This document shows positions 20,839 through 30,144 of a stretch of DNA of 64,000 bases, in pieces. How positions within the stretch are numbered: position 1 is the stretch's first letter; every line of letters begins with the position of its first letter. Source of the DNA: a virus (taxonomy: Duplodnaviria > Heunggongvirae > Uroviricota > Caudoviricetes); the IMG/VR virus record IMGVR_UViG_3300006143_000285; one strand, given 5' to 3'. The translations under genes and the position numbers were made by a program. Under the pieces are notes generated by a model. That model worked only from the letters and a program-made list of their open reading frames with translations. It ran no database searches and was not told the origin of the DNA.

Positions 20839-22755
20839 GTGACAATGACTGAACAAAAACTAATCTATAGTCAACATCTGAGATGCTTGGCAAGATTGTT
20901 GAAGAACACTGCACAGACAGCTGTCTTCACCTATCTGTTTGATGAGTATCTTTTATTGTTGCGACAAGGAATTTCAAATCCGGGCTTCATTGTGTCCAAT
21001 TCGCAAATCGCTGAAAACACAGGGGTGGATCGCGGACGAGTGGAAATATATCTGCGAAAACTTGAAGAACTTGGGCTGATTGTCATATCTGGCAAGAATG
21101 TCTTTGTAAAGGCTGATTATCTGTTTGCGGTTTCGTCATTGTTGTACGAAAAGAAAACTGCAATCGAGAAAAGAGCTGTGTGTACGGCTTTTCAGAATAA
21201 TGATATTGCCACTCTGAACAAATTGGGATTAACAGAGTGCAAAGAGGCTGAACGCTTCTTTTCTAACATGCCGGGGAGCATAGAGTCGAAAAAACAGCAG
21301 AATGTAGAAAATCCCGCAACTCTGTCGAATATTCTACAAACTGATGAATATCCCGCAGAGTTGCTGGATATGCGACATATTTTTAAGGCTGTATATGATG
21401 TATTTTCGACAAAATCTGAGTTTGTTGCACGTTTTTACGACAAAAATGCTGAAAAAACTACACAAGAAACAGTCTTAAAACTCGCCGACAGCATTTATGA
21501 TGAAAATACAGCATCTTCACTCTCAGAAGTTATCAAAAGACTGATGGATTTTCTACGCTTTGGAGTGTCGAAAATCCCGCATTTTGTTGAATTTCCTACA
21601 CCAGTAATAAATATAGAGAAAGAAAATAATAAAAGAAATATCCAGAGCGAAGCTCTGGTTAAAGAAAGGGGGGAACAAAACGAAAAAGACGACAACGAAA
21701 TCGAAGATGACGGACTAACAAGAGAGGAACGTTCTCAGAAAAGAAAAAATATTTTTGAACAGTTTAGAACTGTTGAAGCTGTTGAGATGACTCAAGCTGT
21801 TTCAACAGTTAGGAACTCTTCAGAAATTTCTTCAAGAAGAAAAAGCTGGTCTTACCCTATGCTTCCAGTTGATGAAGTTGACAGAATAATCTCAGATGTT
21901 TCTTATGCAGCTTCCAGTCCTCTTAAACTTTTCATCAATACTGTTTGGTGGACTCTTTATGACAGTCTCCAGAATTCTGAAGATTTTGATGAGGATGAAG
22001 AACTCTCAGAAGATTTCGATATTGAAGGCTACGGCTATCCAATCGAGGACTTCCAGCAAAACATTCTTGAAACAGCCTACGAAGAAGTCCAAGGTAATAT
22101 GGAAAAGGGTTGTGTAGAGTTGGAAGGTGGAGAATCAATTCCAGTAACCTTTACCGAAATGTTCTCAGTTGACTTGCTGGATAAAATTTTCAAGTGGGAA
22201 CAGACAGACTTGAGCCATCAGGAATCTGTCTATAAGATTTCCAAGTCCGGCATCTTTGATGTGACAGCAGAAAGAGTAGAGCGGGCCAACCAACCTCAGA
22301 CAAGAGAAGAAAAAAGAACGGCAGTAAAGGACAGTCTGGAATATATGACCAAACTTTACCTAATTCACAACACCGGTCATGCTTATCTCAGGCTTCTCAC
22401 TCCAATCGAGAAACTGGCAGCAAACTTCATCATAGCTTACATGAAGCCGGATAAGAGAGAAGGCGATCCTATCCTACGATTCTCAGCTGATCCGGAAAAG
22501 GAAAACGTAACTTCGGAAGGAGCCATCAACAAATGGGGATGGAAACAAGTGGTTTTGAAGGTTACTGATGCCGGTTATACCACACAGGAATTCCTCAGCT
22601 GCCTTCTTAGCAACAAAGGACCTACCCAATATGAACAACTCATCATCCAGCCTTGTATGTTCTTTGCAGAGGGTATCAGGACTCTAAACAAAGTTCATGG
22701 AGACGAGAGCATCATAGACTCGATAACGATAGAATCTCTCAGAGAAGATGAATAA
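20839..22755 (+). CDS. large early protein with N-terminal wHTH-like region and acidic middle (replication initiator candidate)
   Basis: 638 aa. N-terminus IAENTGVDRGRVEIYLRKLEELGLIV has wHTH character. D/E-rich middle segment. Lies next to the iteron-bearing ORF-free region. Confidence 0.3.
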   Translation: MTMTEQKLIYSQHLRCLARLLKNTAQTAVFTYLFDEYLLLLRQGISNPGFIVSNSQIAENTGVDRGRVEIYLRKLEELGLIVISGKNVFVKADYLFAVSSLLYEKKTAIEKRAVCTAFQNNDIATLNKLGLTECKEAERFFSNMPGSIESKKQQNVENPATLSNILQTDEYPAELLDMRHIFKAVYDVFSTKSEFVARFYDKNAEKTTQETVLKLADSIYDENTASSLSEVIKRLMDFLRFGVSKIPHFVEFPTPVINIEKENNKRNIQSEALVKERGEQNEKDDNEIEDDGLTREERSQKRKNIFEQFRTVEAVEMTQAVSTVRNSSEISSRRKSWSYPMLPVDEVDRIISDVSYAASSPLKLFINTVWWTLYDSLQNSEDFDEDEELSEDFDIEGYGYPIEDFQQNILETAYEEVQGNMEKGCVELEGGESIPVTFTEMFSVDLLDKIFKWEQTDLSHQESVYKISKSGIFDVTAERVERANQPQTREEKRTAVKDSLEYMTKLYLIHNTGHAYLRLLTPIEKLAANFIIAYMKPDKREGDPILRFSADPEKENVTSEGAINKWGWKQVVLKVTDAGYTTQEFLSCLLSNKGPTQYEQLIIQPCMFFAEGIRTLNKVHGDESIIDSITIESLREDE

Positions 22756-22758
22756 CAG

Positions 22759-22800
22759 AAACGACCACTCACGAAATGTCAGTGGTCGTTTAATTTTATC
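22759..22800. terminator. bidirectional terminator between convergent genes
   Basis: aacgaccact..agtggtcgtt, 10-bp stem with flanking A/T runs, lying between the plus-strand 20839 gene and the minus-strand 22796 gene. Confidence 0.7.
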
Positions 22801-23737
22801 TTGGTTCACTTGAAAGAGTGGCGAGATAGTTTCGGATAATCTCAGTAATTTGGCCGACAACTTCCAGCCCGCTTGCATTTGATGTGAAGTAATTTCCAGC
22901 GAGAAGGCGGTTGGTTGATGTTTGATTGTTTTTTTCGATGTCTGACACCAGTTGGAACTTGTCGTTAATGTACCAGTATTTCTTGCCTTCCTCGACCCTC
23001 ATCGTTATAGGCTCAACCCTATGTCGGTTCTGGTTCCAAGTCCTACCATAACGCTCCAGTTCTCTGTTCAGTCTTCGTTGACACGATATGCCGTTCATTT
23101 TGCTTTGTCGTTTGTCTCCATTATCCATCGGCTCAAACCAGAAGTCATGGAGATTTACAATACCTTTTTCGTGCATTGAAAAACCACACGCTTTTGTTTC
23201 GTAGATGTAGTAGCAATAAAGTTCAACCTCTCCCGATAATTGATCCACAGTGCGGATTACACCCAGCCCCTTTATCCCTTTGCCATGAAAGATTACCCGG
23301 TCATTGATTTCAGGAATATGTTTGCAGATTAAGTCGTAGGTCTTCCAGCTGAATTGGAGCTTATTTCTCAGCATTACTCCACGACAGCCGTGTATTTCAT
23401 CCTCAGAGGCCGTTTTTAAGCTCTCTGTGTCGATTTTGGAGTGTTCGGTAAGGATTTTATCGTCCGAGAGCCTTCCGACGATTGTAGCGGCCTTAAAATC
23501 GCATTTTCCGATAATCACCGTGCTGTCTTCATACTTTGCGATGTCACCGCTGCCAAATCCTGTCTCATACCATTGGATGAATTCGGAAGCTGTAATGCCG
23601 CTCTCAGGATTAAATTCGGCATTGACGGTAAATTCAGCCTTGTCTTTACAAAAAGCTGAAATCATTTCCCAGTCTGTTCGGGAACGATATGAATTAGATG
23701 CCAAAAAACTTTGGATCTGTAGGTCGGTTTTAGCCAT
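22796..23737 (-). CDS. hypothetical protein
   Basis: 313-aa ORF transcribed divergently from the ORF-free region. Confidence 0.4.
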   Translation of the reverse strand: MAKTDLQIQSFLASNSYRSRTDWEMISAFCKDKAEFTVNAEFNPESGITASEFIQWYETGFGSGDIAKYEDSTVIIGKCDFKAATIVGRLSDDKILTEHSKIDTESLKTASEDEIHGCRGVMLRNKLQFSWKTYDLICKHIPEINDRVIFHGKGIKGLGVIRTVDQLSGEVELYCYYIYETKACGFSMHEKGIVNLHDFWFEPMDNGDKRQSKMNGISCQRRLNRELERYGRTWNQNRHRVEPITMRVEEGKKYWYINDKFQLVSDIEKNNQTSTNRLLAGNYFTSNASGLEVVGQITEIIRNYLATLSSEPR

Positions 23738-24473
23738 ATAGCGAGATATACTAAATCAATTTAAGCGCAAATTTACGCACATTTTCGAGAATCGTAAAAT
23801 TTGATTGGAAAAATTCCGAAATTCTCAGGAAATCAGACTTAGAAATTTGGGGGTCCGGAAAAAATCGGAAAAGCATATAGGGGAGTTTTTATATTTCGAC
23901 CAAATGATATTTTTAACACCAAATCTGAAGGGTCGAATATGGTTCGCATAATAATGTGTGAATTTGCCCATTTTTAAGCCCTCTGAGCGAGTTTTGAACC
24001 CTTGGTAATATAAATGGTCATCTGAGGTGAGAAAGGCCGCCAGACGAAAGATATGGAAGTTGTATGAATTTTGATGACTGAAAGAGCTTGACTTACCCTG
24101 AAAATGAGACTTAAAAAATCGGGGTCGGCAATATATATGGAATCCGCACCAGATGGTACACCCTCCCTTTTATTATTTTATTGATTATCAAGTAGTTAAG
24201 ACTTTCACTTACTACAAAAGTGAAAGTATATCATTGATTAACAGCTGTTTAGATGCCAATTTTAGTCAGTTAACATTTGATAAGCAAAAACCTTAATTTT
24301 TGTTAAGAATTAACTTCGCTATTGCATAGACTCCAGTCTTTTTGTATATCGTGCGTGTATGTGTGCGTGTTGCGTACCTTAATAAGCCAAAAAGAGATTT
24401 ATGCTAATTTGTTGACAATCAATAAATTACATATCTACATAATGTAATATGTTAAATTATTTAACAAATAGAC

Positions 24474-24500
24474 CTATTTGGTACAATTTCCTAAATTTGC
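24474..24500 (+). promoter_or_regulatory. Bacteroidetes-type promoter (TTTG, then TAAATTTG after 19 nt)
   Basis: Sequence ctatTTGgtacaatttccTAAATTTGc. Confidence 0.4.
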
Positions 24501-24568
24501 TATTTGCCTAATACCCAACCACTTACAAAATACAAAGTGTTAAAGAAATGTTAAACCACAGAATTTAT

Positions 24569-24599
24569 TTTGTGGGGTCAAATATTAGCCCTAACTTTG
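24569..24599 (+). promoter_or_regulatory. Bacteroidetes-type promoter (-33 TTTG, -7 TAACTTTG) firing into the ORF-free repeat region
   Basis: tatTTTGtggggtcaaatattagcccTAACTTTGc. No ORF of 60 aa or more follows for about 800 nt. Confidence 0.45.
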
Positions 24600-24698
24600 C
24601 ATTGTCAAGTTAAAACAACAACAACGACAACCACAAATTAGCAAACTGGCTACTTAGTGCAAAGTAGTATTGCGGTGCAGGGAAAGCAATCCAAAACA

Positions 24699-25347
24699 CG
24701 CCCTAACTATGCGAATTATTAACTAAATTGTGTAACAACTTTAACACCCAAATTACACCCAAACAAAAGCGCGTAAAAGCGTGAAATCGTAACACATACA
24801 TAGCAACGGAAAGCGAAAGCGAAAACCGTTCTGAATAGGTGCAGATATGTGCCTAAACAGGAAAGAAACACCCCTGACTGTAATGCTCAGTTATCAAATA
24901 TGCTCGTGCAAATCGTCGTCGGGAACAGGGGGTGCTATATGTAAGCGCAAACAAAATGTGCATATAGCGAGGTCGAAAAACGTGTCACAGCGTGTTGTGC
25001 CAATATTATGCGCCATTGGTATCTAACAACGAATTGGAAGCACTGAAACGCGAATTGTGCCAAAGGTATGCCCTGTTGCAACCTTATGATTAGAGGCGGT
25101 CAGTGAGTGGCGAAAAACTGTGCCATAACTATGCGGAAACGCTTCGATTATTGCCCTTGTGTAATAATTTTAGGAACTGTTGTATAGTGACCAAAGTCCC
25201 CTGTGGAAGTGCCGAAAGTGCGCTTAAAGCGAGAGCGAGGGAGTGCCACACCTATGCGAAACGTCTTAGGAGTAAGTAATGCCGTAATTGCCTGAAATGG
25301 CTTGGTGTGAAACTATCGCAAGTGGTTTGCCCTTTGAAACATCGCAT
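24699..25347. repeat. iteron-like direct repeats (GTGCCA-N3-4-[C]TATGCG[R]AA) with one inverted copy; candidate origin or regulator-binding array
   Basis: Copies near 24699, 24996, 25056, 25118 and 25241, with three consecutive copies about 61 bp apart. An inverted copy (cgcatagg) lies at about 25336. Also present: GCGAAA x3 at 24801..24821 and an 8-bp inverted repeat gctatatg..catatagc at 24934..24968. Confidence 0.5.
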
Positions 25348-25544
25348 AGGTAGGAAAGCGCGAAATCTGAACACGATTTTGCGGAGTGTAGAGGGTGAAA
25401 TCTGCACTCTGCAATCTTATGAACTTAGACCGTGCCATTCTCCGGAATGGTGTGGAAACTCCCTATATTGGTGAGTGTGGCAGGTTCGACTCCTGTCACG
25501 GTCACAATGCGCTATTGCAGAAAATGCCTAAAAACCGAAAAATT

Positions 25545-26084
25545 ATGGCAACTATCACTCGTTACAACAGTGTTCAATTCTCCGAAGTGTCTAACAACCA
25601 GCTTGCCGGTGTCGCTCTTGTGTACCGCTCCGTGCGCAAAGACGGAACTGTCACTGAAACGTGCATCCACCTTGGAGGCGCGGAGTTCGTGCCTGAAAAC
25701 GGAACTGCCGATGAAGTGTTCCGTGTGTGGAAAAACGCAATCAAAATCCATTGGGACGCAAAGCGTTCCGAGGCAGGGCTTAAAGTAGACAATGGCGGCA
25801 TTGCCGTTAAACTCCGTGCCAGCACTCCGGCTGAAATCATCGTGCGTAAAACCGACGGCAAAACCGTTCTCCGTTGGGACGCTGAAAGCTCAATCTTTGC
25901 TCGTGTAGGCATTATGCCGACCGCCAAGGATTTGCAGGAACTGACCCGCGACTACAAAAAGAAAATGCACAAAGCGGCTAAAGCGTCGTTTGACGCCCTC
26001 AAAATGAAATTTGAGTTTGAGGCTGCTGTGCCCTCAACCGTGGAAGTGCCTGCTGAAGCTGAAAAGTCTGAGGCTGCTGCATAA
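25545..26084 (+). CDS. hypothetical protein; start uncertain (alternative ATG at 25524)
   Basis: The ORF track starts at 25395, but that stretch overlaps the repeat region. A more likely start is MATITRY or MPKNRK. C-terminus is Ala/Glu-rich. Confidence 0.35.
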   Translation: MATITRYNSVQFSEVSNNQLAGVALVYRSVRKDGTVTETCIHLGGAEFVPENGTADEVFRVWKNAIKIHWDAKRSEAGLKVDNGGIAVKLRASTPAEIIVRKTDGKTVLRWDAESSIFARVGIMPTAKDLQELTRDYKKKMHKAAKASFDALKMKFEFEAAVPSTVEVPAEAEKSEAAA

Positions 26085-26317
26085 GGTCTGACAATCAACA
26101 TACTCAAGGCGCATTTCCGGTATTGCCGGAAGTGTGCCTTCGCTACGTCTAAACTCTTCCAGAATGTCAATGTGCGCACTGTCTGAAAACGTGTGCAAAG
26201 ATAATAAATTCTGGTGGAATGGCACAACGAAAAGCGTGAAATTCTAAGGAATTTTGCGAGGCGTGATATAGGCTCAATTTCCTAAAGTGCCAACAAAATC
26301 AATAAAATGCAACAACT

Positions 26318-26614
26318 ATGCTCTACTCAGAATTTACAGACCGTACCGGTGCCACAATTGGAGCCGAAATATACCACAAACTTGTGGAACCGCCTTACTA
26401 CGACTATCCCGGCGATAAGGATGAATATTGCCGTGACTGGCTTGTGCGACAAATGGCGTTGATGACTGAAACGCTTGTGGATTGTCAAAAACGCAGCCGA
26501 AAGCCGAATTGGACTGACAACGACCAATTACTGTGGGATGTGGCAAAGAAGCAGTTTGCTATCTATGCCGAAAAACTTACAAAGTTGAACATTAAATTAG
26601 GATATAACCAATGA
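26318..26614 (+). CDS. hypothetical protein
   Basis: 98-aa ORF in the plus-strand early cluster. Confidence 0.35.
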   Translation: MLYSEFTDRTGATIGAEIYHKLVEPPYYDYPGDKDEYCRDWLVRQMALMTETLVDCQKRSRKPNWTDNDQLLWDVAKKQFAIYAEKLTKLNIKLGYNQ

Positions 26615-26836
26615 ACGAAACAATTGAAAGCCTCAAGAAACAGCTCCACGAGGTGAACCGTGACATTATTGGAATGTTGCAGGCCGGAGCAAATACCGAG
26701 AAAGCACAAAAAGTGCTAAAAGATGCCCGTGAATACCGCGAAAGTCTTGAAGATGATTTGCGGATTGCTGTGAACAAACAAGGCAGAGCTGATGAGCCTG
26801 TAATCGTCGGAGTAATGATAATATCCTTGAATTGAA

Positions 26837-27250
26837 ATGAAACCATCAACAATTTTCTGTGCCATACTTGGGCTTGTGTTCGGTGCTCAAATACTATCAC
26901 TCCATACCAGCGCGTCAAGCCCGATGACTGAAACGCTTGCAGAAGAAGCATATCTGGAGGACAACCACGCCTCATCCGGAATGTTCTTTAGTTCTGCAAA
27001 TGTGGTGGAGGAATATGAATACGATGACGCATATTGCTTGCTCTACGATGATGCCGACGCTAATATGTTCAACGTTGAAATCTGCGTTGACCTCGAAACC
27101 TATCAATTAGTGTGTAAGGCAATAAAAGACAATCGTGAACTTGTCGGCCAACTTGTGCTGAATGACGATTACAGCTTTGATGGCGTGGAAGTGTTCACAT
27201 TTATGCCGGAGCCTGAGTTTGAGATGGCTAATGCGAGTGCTAACATTTGA
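26837..27250 (+). CDS. secreted hypothetical protein (signal peptide)
   Basis: N-terminus MKPSTIFCAILGLVFGAQILSLHTSASS reads as a signal peptide. Acidic mature region. Confidence 0.4.
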   Translation: MKPSTIFCAILGLVFGAQILSLHTSASSPMTETLAEEAYLEDNHASSGMFFSSANVVEEYEYDDAYCLLYDDADANMFNVEICVDLETYQLVCKAIKDNRELVGQLVLNDDYSFDGVEVFTFMPEPEFEMANASANI

Positions 27251-27278
27251 GAAAGGAGGTGATTTATCACAGAAAATA

Positions 27279-27310
27279 TTTTGTGGAATAAGGATAAATT
27301 GTTAACTTTG
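27279..27310 (+). promoter_or_regulatory. Bacteroidetes-type promoter (-33 TTTG, -7 TAACTTTG)
   Basis: atTTTGtggaataaggataaattgtTAACTTTGc. The position implies the downstream gene starts at the internal ATG at 27329. Confidence 0.45.
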
Positions 27311-27328
27311 CCATACAAATCCAAAAGT

Positions 27329-27616
27329 ATGGCACAATTACATTATATCCGAGAAATAATGCAACGTCAAGGCGTTAGCATTACTGAACTTGCCAATCGT
27401 CTGGGTGTCTCTCAACAATCTGCAAGTTCCCACCTTGTTCATGACCTCCGATTAAGTAAGGCAAAAAACATTGCTGATGCTCTTGGGGTGTCACTACCTG
27501 CTCTATTCGTAGAGCCTGAAATATACACCCAATCAGCACCAGAAGAAAACAAAACAGCAATTGTACGCTGCCCAAAGTGCGGATCGGAGCTTGAATTGTC
27601 CGTGAAGCACAAGTAA
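27329..27616 (+). CDS. XRE-family HTH transcriptional regulator with C-terminal zinc ribbon
   Basis: HTH segment ITELANRLGVSQQSASSHL plus a CPKCGSEL ribbon. The start was moved from 27281 because the promoter lies inside the longer ORF. Confidence 0.5.
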   Translation: MAQLHYIREIMQRQGVSITELANRLGVSQQSASSHLVHDLRLSKAKNIADALGVSLPALFVEPEIYTQSAPEENKTAIVRCPKCGSELELSVKHK

Positions 27617-27640
27617 AAATAAACAAAACAGTAAACCCAA

Positions 27641-27676
27641 CCGGGCCGACGCTTTAACGAGTGCCGGCCTTTTTTG
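27641..27676 (+). terminator. rho-independent terminator
   Basis: ccgggccgacgc...gtgccggcc hairpin followed by TTTTTT. Confidence 0.55.
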
Positions 27677-27917
27677 TGCCCAAAAATGAAAAAGACAATC
27701 AAAAATATCGTGAGATTAGCAGAGGATTTGTACTTCATATTCTCAGTTGAAATACTGAAACGCCGCTTAGGCATTGAGAACGCAGTGTATCTCGCATGGC
27801 ATAGAAAACGTGCCAAACGACTTCAAATAATGCTGGATATTGAACACGGAACGAATATCGCCAGCGCATATTAACATAGGTTAAAGTACAACAAGCGGAC
27901 AACATAGGACATAAAAC

Positions 27918-28490
27918 GTGCCTATTCTTCGCAAAACAACCACAGAAACTATGAAACAAATAATCTGGACCAGTGAAATGTTCCATGACGAGAAAGCGCG
28001 TAAGGAGCACGAAGATTTCAGACGTGAATACTTTGATGACGAAGAAAACCAGCCTGCCGAATTATCCGATGAAGATTGGTATCGAGTCGTCAATGGTTTT
28101 CTTGATGACGAGCGAATGAACCTTAACAAGCCTGTAGATGGTGTAATCATCGCCTTTGCCAATATGGGCTTATGGAATGGCAGACATCAAGGCTACAAAA
28201 TACTTGGCTCGACAATTAACGACATCTTCAGTGTGTACGAAGATGGCAACGAATGGTACGGAGATGGCTTCAACATTCGTGGTTGCCTGAGTCATCATGA
28301 TGGCACACACTATGTGTTGTACCGTGTCGCCAAAGACCGTGAAGATGCTGAAAGAATTGCCGACCTCATCTACAATCGGCAAATTGACGAGGCAGGTTTT
28401 CGTAAGCGAACCCGCTCACTTTATCCCTATGTTGCCAACATCTACGGATGGAAGGCTGGAAGATTTAACAAAACAAAAGCAGCAGTATGA
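27918..28490 (+). CDS. hypothetical protein
   Basis: 190-aa ORF. Confidence 0.35.
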   Translation: MPILRKTTTETMKQIIWTSEMFHDEKARKEHEDFRREYFDDEENQPAELSDEDWYRVVNGFLDDERMNLNKPVDGVIIAFANMGLWNGRHQGYKILGSTINDIFSVYEDGNEWYGDGFNIRGCLSHHDGTHYVLYRVAKDREDAERIADLIYNRQIDEAGFRKRTRSLYPYVANIYGWKAGRFNKTKAAV

Positions 28491-28948
28491 AACCTATAAT
28501 CAAAATGATGGCTTTTCCTCATTCGGACAAGCTGTTTACAAACCCTGATGCGGAAGCAGAGGAAGCGAGCCGCATACACCACGAAGAGTTCATTTCCGAT
28601 AGTCGTATGGCAAGTGGCTGGTACTTCCACGGACATCTCGAAGCTGACCTTGGTTACGACCTTGGTGTAATTATAAACAAGGAAGAATTACCGGTTCAAG
28701 GCCTGAGGGTTCATTACAGCGACGGAAAATCGAAAATTCTCCAGTATATTCCTGAAGGTATTTATCAAGTTCAAGTGCATGGTGTGGAAACTCCTTGCAT
28801 TGGGTATTTCTGGCCGTTTGTAAACGAAAGTAAACGTGCCCCAGAACTCAACAGCGTAGAAATGCGTGGTCTTGTTTGCTACATCAACGATGGTGATGCA
28901 AACGCCTACGCTCGTCGTCAATATAATCAAAAATCAACTTGCTTATGA
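28487..28948 (+). CDS. hypothetical protein
   Basis: 153-aa ORF, translationally coupled to the previous one. Confidence 0.35.
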   Translation: MKPIIKMMAFPHSDKLFTNPDAEAEEASRIHHEEFISDSRMASGWYFHGHLEADLGYDLGVIINKEELPVQGLRVHYSDGKSKILQYIPEGIYQVQVHGVETPCIGYFWPFVNESKRAPELNSVEMRGLVCYINDGDANAYARRQYNQKSTCL

Positions 28949-29313
28949 AAAACGCAAATGAATTTTTCTCTTCTCTTCCCGCATGGGGAATTGAAGAAAT
29001 GACCGGCTATAAGCCTTGTACCACATTCTGGCAGGACTTCAGCATTGCCGATGTGTTTGTCTTGAATGGTCAGGAGCCCGATGCGGTTCTCGACACCCAC
29101 CGACGTTCATGGTCTACGGTGAAAGAATTTGGCCTCGGTATCAAGGGCCTTACAGAGTATATAATGGTGCTGAATTGGAAAATTCACCAGCATTACCCAG
29201 AACACGAGGAACTTGCTCGACAGTATGACGCCCTTTGGAAAGAAACCGACGCTTGGGCGATGGAAAATCTGAAAGGTGACGATCTGACATATTATCTCGA
29301 CACAACGGACTGA
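28939..29313 (+). CDS. hypothetical protein
   Basis: 124-aa ORF. Confidence 0.35.
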   Translation: MLMKNANEFFSSLPAWGIEEMTGYKPCTTFWQDFSIADVFVLNGQEPDAVLDTHRRSWSTVKEFGLGIKGLTEYIMVLNWKIHQHYPEHEELARQYDALWKETDAWAMENLKGDDLTYYLDTTD

Positions 29314-29748
29314 TATGATACATTACTACTGCGCTCCGGCCACCGCTGAAGTGGTTGAATACTTACGATTTGGTGGCCGCGAGTTTTATACTCACAAGGA
29401 AGGGCCGGACAGACATCTGACAGTACGGTTCCTCGCTACAGAGGAATATGTGAAGAAGATGCGAGAACGTCCATTTCTCAAAAATGTAGAAATCACAAGA
29501 AAAGCCTGATATGGATTACGATACTCATTTCAAAGAATGTGGATGGCAATGCAAACTTGTCAAACCGTGGCGTGGCTATCATCACCGTGGATATAGGCCG
29601 TGGTGTGGCTATCATGAAGGTATAATTATAGGTAAGTCAGGCAACTTCTTCGTTGTTAAATTCTTTGGCGGAGCAACTGCAATGTTTAACGCTGATGAAA
29701 TATACTTCGATTAGAAAGAAAAGTTAAAAGCGATATTAAGGATAGTTA

Positions 29749-29794
29749 AAGAAGCGCGGGTGGCCAACTTAGGACACCCGCGCTTCTCTATTCT
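29749..29794 (+). terminator. rho-independent terminator
   Basis: agaagcgcgggt..acccgcgcttct, 12-bp stem followed by a T-rich tail. Confidence 0.65.
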
Positions 29795-30144
29795 TAGCCG
29801 TAAACCAACCAACAAAACCGCTAATGGAAACAACCTACACTGCCATAGAAGTATCGGAGCGTGGAACAGTTGCGGCAATGAAATGGATTGCCGAGAATAA
29901 CTGCCCCGACCTTGAACATGCAATCTTTAGCTGTTCCAGAAAACCCTATCTCATTGTTTCATCTCAGCCAGAGCAAGACATTTGGGCAATACTTGAACAG
30001 CATCCAGTATCAACGTGGCACGACATCAACGGAATGAAGCGCATAGCTCTCTCTCAGAACGATAATCCGTGCTGGTATTTCTGCATTAACGACCACTTCT
30101 ATTTCGCTACAATCTGGTAAACAAAACAATAAACCCAATATATT

